A DNA stretch of 32,000 nt, from contig CAUERX010000008.1 in NCBI GenBank assembly GCA_959020415.1, forward strand, positions 5,466-37,465, written 5' to 3'. The position numbers were made by a program, and so were the translations under genes. The notes under the pieces were generated by a model. The model was not told the DNA's origin, made no database searches, and was given only the letters and a program-made list of their open reading frames with translations. Of the stretch, positions 1 to 10,065 are shown piece by piece (position 1 is the first letter of the stretch; each line of letters opens with the position of its first letter). This stretch comes from an uncultured bacterium (lineage in GTDB: Bacteria > Bacillota_I > Bacilli_A > RF39 > UBA660).

Positions 1-45
1 GAGATAAAGCAAATGAAAATGTCAAAAAAACGTTAAAATAAAAGA

Positions 46-74
46 AAAAACTAATGATCATTACATTAGTTTTT
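46..74. terminator. AT-rich hairpin flanked by an A-run and a T-run; candidate bidirectional intrinsic terminator
   Basis: AAAAACTAATG (46-56) pairs with CATTAGTTTTT (64-74) around a 7-nt loop. It lies 28 nt downstream of the minus-strand stop at 102-104. Confidence 0.4.
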
Positions 75-101
75 GTACGTTTATTAGTTATTTATCTTCT
101 T

Positions 102-656
102 TTATTTAATTGCTTGCATAAGTGACTTATCAACTTTATAAAAAATCTTATTTTCGGAATTGATGATAGTACCATCTTTATTGACAGTAAATTTTTCGGA
201 TGTCCCAGATGGACATTGATTACTTTTATCATCGCAAACTTTTGTAATCTCTTGATCTGTATAAGTATATTTACCAGATTGAGTTACACCATCACAACCT
301 AAAACATATGCATATTCGAAAGTACCATCTTCGTATAAAGCAAGTTCATATGTTGATTCAACACTACACCCGCTTGAATCAACGTTTTTATTATCTCTTG
401 TCAAAACTCCACTTTTATAATATCCTACGATGTTTTTTCCCTCGGTACTTGAACTTTTAGTCTCTTCTTTCTTTTGAGCACTTATTTTTTTCTCTAGCTT
501 ATCAATTTGGCTATTTAGTTTTTGAAGTTCTTTTTCACTTAAATCTTTATCATAAATGTAATAACTAGTTACTCCTAATAACAATAATACTAATATTATT
601 ATTGTAACAGTTTTTCCCTTTCTTTTTTTAGGTATATTTAACTCTAATGACGCCAT
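102..656 (-). CDS. hypothetical membrane-anchored protein with an extracytoplasmic Cys-containing domain
   Basis: 184-aa ORF. It has a basic N-terminus, one TM helix (TVTIIILVLLLLGVTSYYIY), a K/E-rich coiled-coil-like linker and a C-terminal part with several Cys. No family recognised. Confidence 0.6.
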   Translation of the reverse strand: MASLELNIPKKRKGKTVTIIILVLLLLGVTSYYIYDKDLSEKELQKLNSQIDKLEKKISAQKKEETKSSSTEGKNIVGYYKSGVLTRDNKNVDSSGCSVESTYELALYEDGTFEYAYVLGCDGVTQSGKYTYTDQEITKVCDDKSNQCPSGTSEKFTVNKDGTIINSENKIFYKVDKSLMQAIK

Positions 657-745
657 ATTTTACCTCTTTTCTCATGTATATTGTAACAAATTAATATTTT
701 AGGTTCAATAAAAAAATCGTTTGAAATATCAAGTAAATGTATAGA

Positions 746-769
746 AAAAACTAACTCTCGTTAGTTTTT
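746..769 (-). terminator. weak hairpin plus T-run overlapping the last codons of the FUSC-like gene
   Basis: On the minus strand: AAAAACTAAC GAGA GTTAGTTTTT followed by T. The stem contains the TAG stop at 751-753. Only 2 G:C pairs. Confidence 0.35.
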
Positions 770-2670
770 ATTTTTTTAGATTGTTTTAATCTTTTCATGA
801 ATTTTCCCATAGTAAGATGACTCTTTCTAATTTGAAATTCCATATATGAATCTGAATTATCTTTTATTTGATAAATACTTTTAGGAATTGTTTTTAAGTC
901 GACTTCTCCGGCTAATAAATCGTCAAGTTTATTTATTTCTTCCTTAAGCATTTCAAATTCTTCATCACTTATTTCTTTTTTTGAAAGAAGTGTAGCCATG
1001 CGATTAATATCCATAATAAAACGATAATTGTAATTCAACAATTTTGAAACACTTTCTTTTTCAATAAGTTCTTGATTTTCTTTTAGTTTATTAAGTTCAT
1101 CAATTATTAAGTGGGTTGTCATTAAAGCTTCATCAGTATATGAACCTTTCATACGATGATTTAGAATGTTTTTTAATTCGAAAATTAATTGTTTGTTATT
1201 ATTAATTAATTCGGAAATCTTTGATTTGAAAGCATCCTGTTTACGGGTATGAAGAATAAAGCGAACACCAAAAATAACGATAATTGAACCAATGATAACA
1301 AAGGTAACTCGAAGAAGCATTGACCAAGTAAGACCAAGATCAGGGTAAATGGCAGCAACCGCCATTTGTGTTCCCATAACCATATTTATAAAAACACTTT
1401 TAGTACACATCATCATAGTAAATCCAACTAATAGTACAACTAGCAGGCGAATACTATCAGGTAAAAATTGAGTTATTGATGCAAAAATTAATAGTCCAGC
1501 TATAGTGCCTAAGATACGAACGCCTGTATCTTTTAAGGTATCGTCAGGATACATAGAAATAGTAGTATAAGCCGTTATAGCAATCCAGTAACTATCAATA
1601 ATTTTAAGCAAGTCGGCAACTAAAAAGCTAGCAGCAACAAGAATTGATGTTTGTAAAGCAAATCTAAAACTTTGATGTTTAAATCCAAAACGACGTTTTA
1701 ATGATTCCCATCTAAAACGATAACCTCTTAAAAGACTTGTTTCAGTATTTTTTAAAGCTTCTGTACACGCCAATGTTTTAATTAAACTCGATAAAACTAA
1801 ACGCCAATCGTTATTAAAATAGGCGTCACTAAGTTCATGTTTTTGGATTAATCGCGCTAAATAATCTTTTAAGTCTTCATAGGTTTTTGTTTTTTCAAAG
1901 GTTTTAGCTAATTCAGAGAAAAATTTATAATCTTTTTTAGTAAACTTATCCTGATGTTTACTAATGTCATAAATTAATTGTGCTAAAGCTTCAGAATGCA
2001 TTAATAAGCGAAAATTAAATTTTTCACTATTATTTAAAATACCATCTTGGTTAATGACATTTGAATGAATAGCTGAACAATATCCTGACGTTAAAGCATA
2101 AACTTCACTGACATTTATATCCTCTGGCTTTGTTTTTTTTATGTTTTTAAGATGATTTAATACCCAAGTATAAGACTTTGAAACGAAGGGATTAATAGCT
2201 GATGTTTTTTGAAACTTTTTCATAATTGCCACAAATATAGTAACAACCACAAAGCAATAAACAACAGCTAACATTCTCATTGGTATTTGTTCTAACGTTA
2301 CAGGAAAAATTTGTAATAAAACAAATTCTAACCCTAACAAGAAATGATTTTTTGGAGCAAATTCATCAGAATAAACATAAGTAATAAAAAATAAAACTAT
2401 GAAATTTAAGGTTACTGATGTAAATGTATTAAAAGTGGCAAAGGAAGCCATAGCAGCAATTCCCACTAGTAACAATCCATATTTAGTGTAATTTACCTTT
2501 GACAGGGATGAATATAATAATGCTTTTGAGAGGAATAAGAAGACCATACCTAATAAAGCATTTTCCATTCCAAAAAGAATAAAGACTGTTAAAAATAAGA
2601 AAACAGCTAACAGAACGTAAGGAATGGCATTCAAAAATATTTTAAAATATTTATTTATTGTTTCTTCCAT
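751..2670 (-). CDS. FUSC / aromatic-acid-exporter (ArAE, YccS-like) family integral membrane protein
   Basis: 639-aa ORF with two blocks of multiple TM helices separated and followed by helical soluble regions. The segment FRFALQTSILVAASFLVADLL..SYWIAITAYTTISMYPDDTLKDTGVRILGTIAGLLIF matches the FUSC/ArAE core pattern from memory. Confidence 0.65.
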   Translation of the reverse strand: MEETINKYFKIFLNAIPYVLLAVFLFLTVFILFGMENALLGMVFLFLSKALLYSSLSKVNYTKYGLLLVGIAAMASFATFNTFTSVTLNFIVLFFITYVYSDEFAPKNHFLLGLEFVLLQIFPVTLEQIPMRMLAVVYCFVVVTIFVAIMKKFQKTSAINPFVSKSYTWVLNHLKNIKKTKPEDINVSEVYALTSGYCSAIHSNVINQDGILNNSEKFNFRLLMHSEALAQLIYDISKHQDKFTKKDYKFFSELAKTFEKTKTYEDLKDYLARLIQKHELSDAYFNNDWRLVLSSLIKTLACTEALKNTETSLLRGYRFRWESLKRRFGFKHQSFRFALQTSILVAASFLVADLLKIIDSYWIAITAYTTISMYPDDTLKDTGVRILGTIAGLLIFASITQFLPDSIRLLVVLLVGFTMMMCTKSVFINMVMGTQMAVAAIYPDLGLTWSMLLRVTFVIIGSIIVIFGVRFILHTRKQDAFKSKISELINNNKQLIFELKNILNHRMKGSYTDEALMTTHLIIDELNKLKENQELIEKESVSKLLNYNYRFIMDINRMATLLSKKEISDEEFEMLKEEINKLDDLLAGEVDLKTIPKSIYQIKDNSDSYMEFQIRKSHLTMGKFMKRLKQSKKIKTNES

Positions 2671-2742
2671 AATTACTCCTTTCTAAGGTTTGAGCGCAAA
2701 AAAAGGCCTTTAGCCATTTTAACTTTATGCGCAGCGTATAGA

Positions 2743-2771
2743 ATTATACCACGCCAGTTTTAGTTATGCAA
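2743..2771 (-). promoter_or_regulatory. sigma-A-type promoter for the FUSC-like gene
   Basis: On the minus strand: TTGCAT (2771-2766), 17-nt spacer, TGg-TATAAT (-10 at 2748-2743). It sits about 70 nt upstream of the ATG at 2670, which has a GGAG Shine-Dalgarno. Confidence 0.55.
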
Positions 2772-2805
2772 TAGTTTTTATTAACTATGGGAAAATATGT
2801 GAGAA

Positions 2806-2833
2806 AACCCAATTCATTAATTTGAATTGGGTT
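2806..2833 (-). terminator. intrinsic terminator of the CYTH gene
   Basis: 10-bp stem AACCCAATTC/GAATTGGGTT with an 8-nt loop. It starts 2 nt after the TGA stop (2836-2838) and is followed by TTCTC on the minus strand. Confidence 0.6.
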
Positions 2834-2835
2834 AA

Positions 2836-3336
2836 TCATAATAAAAGGTCTTCAATGTTTACATCTCCTGAAGCTATATAAGAATTTCTATACTTTTCCT
2901 CTTTTGATACATCTTCACCAAGCCAATTTGGTTTTTTAAAGGTTTCAAAGACCTTATCGTTTGGAAATTCATCCTCAGCTATAATTAAGCCTTCAAGCCA
3001 GTCTAAGAAAACATCTAGTTCAATTGTTAATCCATCTTTGTTTGGAATTAAATACCTATTTTTATGAATTATTCTTCCATCGATTTTAGTGTTTAAATGG
3101 TCAAATGCTTTTTTGGATATTGGTAATTCATATTCAGTACAAACATTACATTTATTTTTCTTTTGTTCATCATTTGAGTACTTATATGTTAAAAAATAGT
3201 CACGATTATATTTTCTTACTCTTAAAGTTGGCTCACTTCCGTGATTTAAATATCCTTGGGTTATCTCTACTTTCTTATACTCATCTAAATTATCAGGCAA
3301 TTTTTTAACTAAATATTTTCTTTCTATTTCTTCCAT
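2836..3336 (-). CDS. CYTH-domain protein (triphosphate tunnel metalloenzyme / class IV adenylate cyclase-like)
   Basis: 166 aa. The N-terminal MEEIERKYLV is the hallmark ExExK motif of CYTH domains, and the size is typical of stand-alone CYTH proteins. Confidence 0.85.
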   Translation of the reverse strand: MEEIERKYLVKKLPDNLDEYKKVEITQGYLNHGSEPTLRVRKYNRDYFLTYKYSNDEQKKNKCNVCTEYELPISKKAFDHLNTKIDGRIIHKNRYLIPNKDGLTIELDVFLDWLEGLIIAEDEFPNDKVFETFKKPNWLGEDVSKEEKYRNSYIASGDVNIEDLLL

Positions 3337-3427
3337 ATTTCCTCCTATTATATATATTAAATATATCGCAGTTCTCTTTAATATTCAATTTTGTTGTTTG
3401 AAAAAACAATTCAAATTAATGAACTGT

Positions 3428-4150
3428 TTATGATGTAATTAAAGTTATTTCAGAGACTTTCCAGTTCTTTCCGTCTTTTACTAATCGGAAATCAGTAGCT
3501 TTGCTTTCTTTTGTCTCAGCACAAGTTATACTTGGAATGGTGGAACCAGCACTGACACAACTTGTATCATAGTTAGTATTAACTGCTTGAAAATAAAGCT
3601 CATTATTAGTTTTACTCATTAATTTTAAGCTTGCTTCTTTAAAGAAATAATTATCGATTTTTTCTTTAATTAAGTAATAATCGTTATTAACTTTACCAAT
3701 AAAGCCTTTTGGATATAAAATATTATTATTAATAAAGTCATTAGTAAAATTATTGGTAATTGCTTCGTCATAATTACTTACTAACTGAACTGAAGAATTC
3801 ATAGCATAAGTTTTAATTCCAAACTTATTTAAGCTATCTATAAGTTCACTATTATCTAAAACAACATCGTTTGTTTTAACTAAATTATATATTTTATCGA
3901 TGTCACTTTTTGTATTAGTAGCGGTGGCAATGGCAATATAATATTTTTCAGTAGCTAATTTTGTTGCATCCTCATCAGTTAGCTCTTCATCACCCGTTTT
4001 ATTAACAATTGTTTTTTCAGTGTCAGTTGGATCGGTAGACATATATTTATTAATTGCAGCATAGCTAACTACAGCAACTACTAATAAGATAAACGTTATA
4101 AAAATACGCAATGAACTTACATCTTTTTCTTCATGAATTGGTCTAGCCAT
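3428..4150 (-). CDS. hypothetical membrane-anchored protein
   Basis: 240-aa ORF starting 16 nt downstream of ftsK. It has a single N-terminal TM helix (IFITFILLVVAVVSYAAI). The C-terminal ..FRLVKDGKNWKVSEITL resembles NTF2-like/DUF4878-type ends; this is a weak impression only. Confidence 0.55.
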   Translation of the reverse strand: MARPIHEEKDVSSLRIFITFILLVVAVVSYAAINKYMSTDPTDTEKTIVNKTGDEELTDEDATKLATEKYYIAIATATNTKSDIDKIYNLVKTNDVVLDNSELIDSLNKFGIKTYAMNSSVQLVSNYDEAITNNFTNDFINNNILYPKGFIGKVNNDYYLIKEKIDNYFFKEASLKLMSKTNNELYFQAVNTNYDTSCVSAGSTIPSITCAETKESKATDFRLVKDGKNWKVSEITLITS

Positions 4151-4166
4151 GATTTCACCTTCTCTC

Positions 4167-6341
4167 TTACTCTTCTTCTTTATTTTCCATTTTAACTAAA
4201 ACTTCACGAGGCTTTGAACCATTCGCGGGCCCAACAATTCCTCTTTCCTCTAATAAGTCTATACATCTAGCGGCTCTATTATACCCTAAACGGAATCTTC
4301 TTTGCAATAGTGAGGCACTAGCTTTTCCTTGAGTAATGACAAATTCAACAATTTCGTTATAAAGCGGTTCTTCATAATCATCTTGAACCATAGTAGTAGC
4401 CCCTTTATCCTCTTCAGAAATTGTTAATGAATTATCATATTTAGCTTTTTGCTGCTTGATAGTGTAATCAACGACATCTTTAATTTCTTCGTCGCTAATA
4501 AAGTTACCTTGAACACGAATTGGGATGTTTTCTCCTTGAGGCTTTAGTAACATATCACCTTTACCTAAAAGCTTTTCAGCTCCACTCATATCTAATATGG
4601 TTCTAGAATCAATGCTACTTGAAACAGCAAAAGCAATTCTCGATGGGATGTTGGCTTTAACTACTCCGGTAATAACATCAGTACTTGGTCTTTGAGTGGC
4701 AACAATTAAATGAATGCCAGCGGCTCTAGCCATTTGAGTAATACGCATGATTGAATCTTCAACCTCTTTAGCCGCAACTAACATTAAGTCAGCTAATTCG
4801 TCGATAATAACAACAATATATGGAAGTGGTTGCAATTCATCATCTTCTAAGGTTTCATTTTTCTTAGCTACGTAAGCGTTATAGCCAGCGATATTTTTAG
4901 TACGACTTTCTTCAAATAGTTCATATCTATCTTCCATGATCTTAACAATTTTTTGAAGGACGATATTAGCTTTTTTTGGATCGGTAACTACTGGGGTTAG
5001 TAAATGAGGAACTCCATTATACATTGAAAGTTCAACTTTTTTGGGATCGACTAAAACTAATTTAACTTCGTCAGGTTTAGTACGCATTAAAATTGAGGTT
5101 ATCATACTATTGATACAAACTGATTTACCGCTTCCGGTGCTTCCAGCCACTAATAAATGTGGCGTTTTATCAATTTCACACCATATTGGATTACCCATAA
5201 TACTACGACCTAAAGCAACTAAAAGTTTACTATCTTCTTTAGTTTTTGGAACTTCTTCTAAGATTTCTCTAATAGCTACTGGACTAACTACCTTATTAGG
5301 AAGTTCAATACCAACTGTCTTTTTACCAGGTATTGGAGCTTGAATACGAACATCTCTAGCACCAAGCTCTAAAGCAATTTCTTTATTTATACCAGTGATT
5401 TTAGAAACTTTTGTTCCAGATTTTACTTCTAATTCGTATTGCGTAACTGACGGTCCAATATTGGCTGCGACAACTTTACCTTCAATGCCAAAGTCATTTA
5501 AAACCTTTTCTAGATCAGTAACATTCTTTTTAATGGCTTCCTGATTTTCTTTAACGTTAACTTTCTTTGGCTTATTTAAAATGTTAATTGAAGGTTTTTT
5601 ATAAGTTCCAGTCGGAACAGCTTCTTCTGGTATTTCCGTATTTTCTTCTTTAACTGGGGTTTTTGGTAACTCGTCAATAGAAGAAATAACAATTTTTTTA
5701 TCTTCTTCATACTTTTCTTCCGCTTCTTTAGCGGCTCTTTCAGCTCGAAGATTAGCTTTAAGTTCTTTGGCTTTTTGACGTTTAGCTTTAATCCATGTAA
5801 CAACATCATATATTGAAATACCTGTAAACATTATTAATCCACAAACAATTAAAGCTATGCAGACAACTTCAGTACCGTGTAAGGTAAGTAAACTTACAAA
5901 TAGCACAGCGAATAAAGCGCCGAGCATACCTCCACCTTGAATATCAACAGCTCCTTGAATAAAGCCCATAAGATTATTAATTGTCTCAGTTAAAATTTCA
6001 AAGCCCTCAATACCATGTTTGCTTAAACTAGCTATATACCCAGTATGGGATAAGATTAAAATGCCTAAAACAAGGACATAAAACCCAATTAATCTTGAGG
6101 TTAAAAAATCTGGTGCTTCCCTTTTTACCATCATATAAACACCACAAGTCCCTACTAAAATAAGTAATGGTACATACCAAACACCAACTAGAAAAGCAGC
6201 AAAACCACGGATGATATCTGCAACAACCCCAAATGGGCAACAACCAATTATAGCAACGAGTATTAAAACAATTCCTTTGATCTCAACGCTATAAGCGGCA
6301 CTTTTTTTCTCTGGTGATTTTCTCTTTTTCTTCTTGGCCAT
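4167..6341 (-). CDS. ftsK: DNA translocase FtsK/SpoIIIE
   Basis: 724 aa. It has N-terminal TM helices, a K/E-rich linker, a motor domain with Walker A GSTGSGKS and Walker B VVIIDELADL, and a C-terminal winged-helix gamma domain (..SASLLQRRFRLGYNRAARCIDLLEERGIVG). Confidence 0.95.
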   Translation of the reverse strand: MAKKKKRKSPEKKSAAYSVEIKGIVLILVAIIGCCPFGVVADIIRGFAAFLVGVWYVPLLILVGTCGVYMMVKREAPDFLTSRLIGFYVLVLGILILSHTGYIASLSKHGIEGFEILTETINNLMGFIQGAVDIQGGGMLGALFAVLFVSLLTLHGTEVVCIALIVCGLIMFTGISIYDVVTWIKAKRQKAKELKANLRAERAAKEAEEKYEEDKKIVISSIDELPKTPVKEENTEIPEEAVPTGTYKKPSINILNKPKKVNVKENQEAIKKNVTDLEKVLNDFGIEGKVVAANIGPSVTQYELEVKSGTKVSKITGINKEIALELGARDVRIQAPIPGKKTVGIELPNKVVSPVAIREILEEVPKTKEDSKLLVALGRSIMGNPIWCEIDKTPHLLVAGSTGSGKSVCINSMITSILMRTKPDEVKLVLVDPKKVELSMYNGVPHLLTPVVTDPKKANIVLQKIVKIMEDRYELFEESRTKNIAGYNAYVAKKNETLEDDELQPLPYIVVIIDELADLMLVAAKEVEDSIMRITQMARAAGIHLIVATQRPSTDVITGVVKANIPSRIAFAVSSSIDSRTILDMSGAEKLLGKGDMLLKPQGENIPIRVQGNFISDEEIKDVVDYTIKQQKAKYDNSLTISEEDKGATTMVQDDYEEPLYNEIVEFVITQGKASASLLQRRFRLGYNRAARCIDLLEERGIVGPANGSKPREVLVKMENKEEE

Positions 6342-6405
6342 AATTCTTCCTCCATTATCTATTTCATTATAGCATATTTTAAGTTAAAGAAAAACAATTT
6401 TCTCT

Positions 6406-7962
6406 TTATTTTCCCTTAGTTTCATGATATGTTTTTTCGGTGTTAACACGCCAAATATTATCTTTATCTTTAAGGTTATTAGTAATGTTTTTAACAGTTT
6501 CAAAGGCTGTCATCATCGAATGATCCATATTGTTATAACGGTGCTGGCCATTACGACCAATACAATATAAATTATCATACTTATTTAAATAATCTATTAA
6601 AGTATTTATTTCACTATAGGTATCAAAATAAGCAGGATAGGCTTTTTTTACTTTTTCTAGATGAAAATCAATAACATTCTCTTTATCTATTATGCCCATT
6701 TTATTTAATTCATCAATAGCAAAGCTAATACAATCTTTTTTGTCCATATTCCAAAAATCATCGTTTTCATTACAAAAATATTCTAAACCAAGCCAAACGG
6801 TTTTTGTAAAATCTTTAACCATATATGGTGACCAATTGTTAAAAATTTGAAGACGGCCTAATTTAATATTTGGTTCTTGAACATAAATCCAGCAATCAGG
6901 TATGAGATTGTTAATGGTTTTTGTTTTAGTTTCGTTTTTAATATTTAGTTTTTTTACAAGTAAACCAACAGTAACAAAGTCACGATATGGAAGACCTTTG
7001 GCAATATCACAATATTGCTTAGGAGCCTTTGGCTCGATATTCATAACTAAGTCTTTAAGGGGCATTGAAGATATAAAAATATCCCCTCTTACTTCTTTTA
7101 AACCGTTTTTAGTTTGACAGGTAACAGAAACTATTTTTCTTTTTTCATGAGTAATTGTTACTACTTGATGATTCTTTTTTATATGTCCGCCTAATTTTAT
7201 AAATTCAGCCGCAACGGTTTCCCAGAAATGGCCTGGACCATATTTAGGATACATAAATTCTTCAATTAACGAGGTCTCGGTTTCAGTTTTAATATTAAAT
7301 GTTTTACTGAACATATCTTTAATAATGTTAGTAATCGAAAGACCTTTTACTCTTTGACTTCCCCAGTCGGCACTAATATCTCTAGGGTGTCTACCCCAAA
7401 GTTTTTCAGTATAATTTTCAAAAAACATTTGATATAGTTTTTTACCAAAACGGTTGATATAAAAATTTTCTAAATTATTTTCTTCTTTTTTTAAAATAAC
7501 AGATTTCAAATAGCTGGTTCCGCTAATAAAAGTTAATTTTAATCCCATGTTTTTAAAGGTTTGGAATTTTAACGTGATTGGGTAATCAAAAAAATTCTTT
7601 AAATAATAAATTCTAGATACACGACGGCGAAGTAGCATTACTCTATCTTCTTCATTAGGATCAGGCCCATTTTTGTTAACTTTTTTTTCTCGTCCTAGAA
7701 TTCTATCATCAAAGGTTTGTTTACCTTGAATATTCATAATGCTTGTCCAAAAATCTTTAACTGTTTGATCTTTTGAAAAAAAACGATGGCCACCAATATC
7801 CATGCGATTCCCGTGGTAATTAATTGTTTTAGAAATTCCACCAATGTCGTTACTCTCTTCTAAAATTGTAACATCATAATTAGAACCTTTTTTTAACAGT
7901 TCATATCCAGCAGTTAATCCAGCAGGACCAGCACCGATTATTATTACTTTTTGTTTTTGCAT
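6406..7962 (-). CDS. NAD(P)/FAD-dependent oxidoreductase (amine-oxidase / UDP-galactopyranose-mutase-like superfamily)
   Basis: 518 aa. The N-terminal Rossmann dinucleotide motif is [18 protein letters not shown]...[12 protein letters not shown]. The precise substrate cannot be called. Confidence 0.75.
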   Translation of the reverse strand: MQKQKVIIIGAGPAGLTAGYELLKKGSNYDVTILEESNDIGGISKTINYHGNRMDIGGHRFFSKDQTVKDFWTSIMNIQGKQTFDDRILGREKKVNKNGPDPNEEDRVMLLRRRVSRIYYLKNFFDYPITLKFQTFKNMGLKLTFISGTSYLKSVILKKEENNLENFYINRFGKKLYQMFFENYTEKLWGRHPRDISADWGSQRVKGLSITNIIKDMFSKTFNIKTETETSLIEEFMYPKYGPGHFWETVAAEFIKLGGHIKKNHQVVTITHEKRKIVSVTCQTKNGLKEVRGDIFISSMPLKDLVMNIEPKAPKQYCDIAKGLPYRDFVTVGLLVKKLNIKNETKTKTINNLIPDCWIYVQEPNIKLGRLQIFNNWSPYMVKDFTKTVWLGLEYFCNENDDFWNMDKKDCISFAIDELNKMGIIDKENVIDFHLEKVKKAYPAYFDTYSEINTLIDYLNKYDNLYCIGRNGQHRYNNMDHSMMTAFETVKNITNNLKDKDNIWRVNTEKTYHETKGK

Positions 7963-8086
7963 GTTTACACCTCAAGACAATAGTAGGAACACCCTTACTC
8001 TATATTTTAATTATACTTGATAAATGGTAAATTGTAAACAAAAGCAATTAAAAAAGCAAGTTTAGGGAGCATCCTGCTTTATATTT

Positions 8087-8463
8087 TTATATGGTTTTGC
8101 TCTTTCCTTTTTTAAGATAGTTTACTATGTCTACTTTTTCTTTTACTTTATTTGAATAGGAGATTACGATTACACATTTTTTGTCTTTATGCGCTAAAGA
8201 AGTAAAAATGTTTAAAATAGCTTCTTCAGTTTCTTTGTCTAAATTTCCTGTTAGTTCATCAGCTAAGATTATATCAGGGTTATAAGCTAAGTCTCTAGCA
8301 ATCGAAACTCTTTGTTGTTCACCGCCAGAGAATGTTAAAATTTTACGGTCAGCTTTCTATTCATCAATTCCTACTTTTTTTAAAAATTTTAATACCTTAT
8401 CTCGCTTGTTTTTATCTTTAATACCACTAAGTCTATTGAAAGTAAAACATTTTCTAAGGCTGT
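8087..8463 (-). pseudogene. ABC transporter ATP-binding protein, C-terminal fragment (no Walker A; internal stop and frameshift)
   Basis: My minus-strand translation reads TALENVLLSIDL / frameshift / SGIKDKNKRDKVLKFLKKVGIDE*KADRKILTFSGGEQQRVSIARDLAYNPDIILADELTGNLDKETEEAILNIF... The ABC signature and Walker B are present. There is an in-frame TAG at 8357-8359, and the natural stop is at 8087-8089. Confidence 0.8.
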
Positions 8464-9600
8464 ATAACTCTAATATTGTAATAGCATTTAGAGAAACGTC
8501 TAGATTATTAGTGCTAGCTAACATGCCAAGATTTGGTTTATCAAAGCCTTTACCACCAAAATGTTTTCAATTTTAGTTTGTTCTTCTTGATAACTACTAA
8601 TTTCATTTTCTAACATTTTATTAGTAACTGGCTGACTTAACCCATACCCAATGCCAGTTCCAATAATAAAGGAAATTACAGCAATTATAAATAGTTATAG
8701 TATTAACTGAGTAATTAATTTTTGCTTACTCATTCTAATAGCTCTTAAGAACCCAATTTCGTATTTACGATCACGAATATTTCGCATATTAATAACGGCC
8801 AATATAACAGCATCTACGATTAAAATAATTATTAAAAATGTTAATGAAAAATTACTAATATTTTGAATTGGTTTTAAGGTAGCAGCAATTTGGTCGGTAT
8901 TATCGGATACGTTGTAATAATCACTTAAACCTTTTTCTCTAACTTCTTTTTCAAATTTATCTAGATCATTAGAATCTTTTAAATAGAATTTAGCATTTAA
9001 ACTATTCGCGTTATCTGCGTTTTCTAGAATTGTGTTCATGGCAGTTTCTGTTATATAAATTTGATTTTGACTATTTAAAGCAGCTATATTCATAAAGTTA
9101 TCATCACTACTATCACTTTCGGTTTCAAAAATTCCAACTATTTTAAGTTCGTATGTTTGGTTCGAATCTGAAGGTGAATATAGCTTAACTGTATCACCTA
9201 CTTTCAAGTCGTTTTCATCGACTAGATCTTCACTAATTACAATATTGTTTTCTTTGTCTTCACTAGTAATCATATTACCATCAGCAATTTTTGAAGTTCC
9301 ACTTACAAAGACATCCATATAGAAAACATCTGAGTAGGCGGTAATTTTAACTTGATTTTATTCACCATGTCCTTCATTCATACCCTCAGGCTTGTCTACA
9401 GGCTTATTAGTGTTCGTATCGCCTTCAGTCTTGTAAACACTGCGCTCATATCAATTGGTTCGATTTCATCGGATGACAAACTTGTTTCTAGAGTATAGTA
9501 ATAACTTGAAACATAATCGAAATCACTATATTTTTTTACGTCATCAATAGTTAATTTATCAACGGTTGTATTACTATCATTATTTTTTTCTTGTTATATT
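8464..9600 (-). pseudogene. FtsX/MacB-type ABC transporter permease, eroded (in-frame stops, frameshifts, both ends missing)
   Basis: Homologous pieces lie in different frames: ..DDVKKYSDFDYVSSYYYTLETSL.. / ..KPVDKPEGMNEGHGE*NQVKITAYSDVFYMDVFVSGTS (TAA at 9358-9360). ORF 8695-9318 holds the extracytoplasmic domain, a TM helix and FLRAIRMSKQKLITQLIL. An in-frame TAA at 8695-8697 follows, then LFIIAVISFIIGTGIGYGLSQPVTNKMLENEI.., then a frameshift to FGGKGFDKPNLGMLASTNNLDVSLNAITILELYS. No N-terminal TM and no last TM are present. Confidence 0.75.
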
Positions 9601-9664
9601 CTCGTTCAACTATATAACATTACTATAAGTAATACAAGTACCCTATTTAATTATTTACACAAAA

Positions 9665-9689
9665 AAATACTAGATGCGTTCTAGTATTT
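9665..9689 (-). terminator. intrinsic terminator after the pnp/SHOCT gene pair
   Basis: On the minus strand: AAATACTAGA ACGCA TCTAGTATTT followed by TTTT. The stem includes the TAG stop (9670-9672). Confidence 0.6.
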
Positions 9690-10065
9690 CCTTCTTTTTG
9701 TTTTCATATTCTTCTTGGGTTAAAATTTTATCATCATATAATTTTTTTAAATTTTCAAGTTCAACCATGTAATCATTTTCTTCAATTTTCTCTATTTTAT
9801 TATTTAAACTAGTTAAACCTATATAATAAATTAAACCTAAAATTCCAGAAATAAATGAGAAAAACACAAAAAATATTGACCAACCCAAAATTGAAGATTT
9901 ATAATTTATAACTTCAGTATCTGGCATATTAGAATAATCATATAATTTGTAGCCACCAATAATCATTGGAATACCCCAAATTAAGCCAATAATGAATAAA
10001 CAACTAACAATACCAAGGACAATGCCAATGATACCAGCAGCTTTTAATAACGCTTTATCAGACAT
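9670..10065 (-). CDS. small membrane protein with a C-terminal SHOCT domain
   Basis: 131 aa with hydrophobic helices. The C-terminal LENLKKLYDDKILTQEEYENKKKEILERI matches the SHOCT motif. The start overlaps the pnp stop (TAATG). Confidence 0.75.
   Translation of the reverse strand: MSDKALLKAAGIIGIVLGIVSCLFIIGLIWGIPMIIGGYKLYDYSNMPDTEVINYKSSILGWSIFFVFFSFISGILGLIYYIGLTSLNNKIEKIEENDYMVELENLKKLYDDKILTQEEYENKKKEILERI

Noticed and set aside
1-36. A possible 3' end of a plus-strand gene (..EIKQMKMSKKR*, TAA at 34-36) before the hairpin at 46-74.
   Set aside because: Only 11 codons are visible, so there is no way to distinguish this from chance.
46-769. The two hairpins at 46-74 and 746-769 share the arms AAAAACTAA / TTAGTTTTT, which suggests a dispersed repeat.
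   Set aside because: The shared part is about 9 nt of low-complexity AT-rich sequence typical of terminator arms in this genome. That is not enough to claim a repeat family.
2671-2742. The 5' leader of the FUSC-like gene contains GCGCA...UGCGC and GGC-UAAAG-GCC followed by U7, which is reminiscent of a small attenuator or riboswitch.
   Set aside because: The stems are only 3-5 bp, the leader is about 70 nt, and it matches no riboswitch class I know. This is too weak to call.
8087-9600. Could the broken ABC transporter ORFs reflect an alternative genetic code (stop-codon reassignment) instead of decay?
   Set aside because: The interruptions include both TAA and TAG plus true frameshifts and missing segments. 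All neighbouring conserved genes read through cleanly with table 11 and end at TAA, TAG or TGA. Pseudogenisation or assembly error explains it better.
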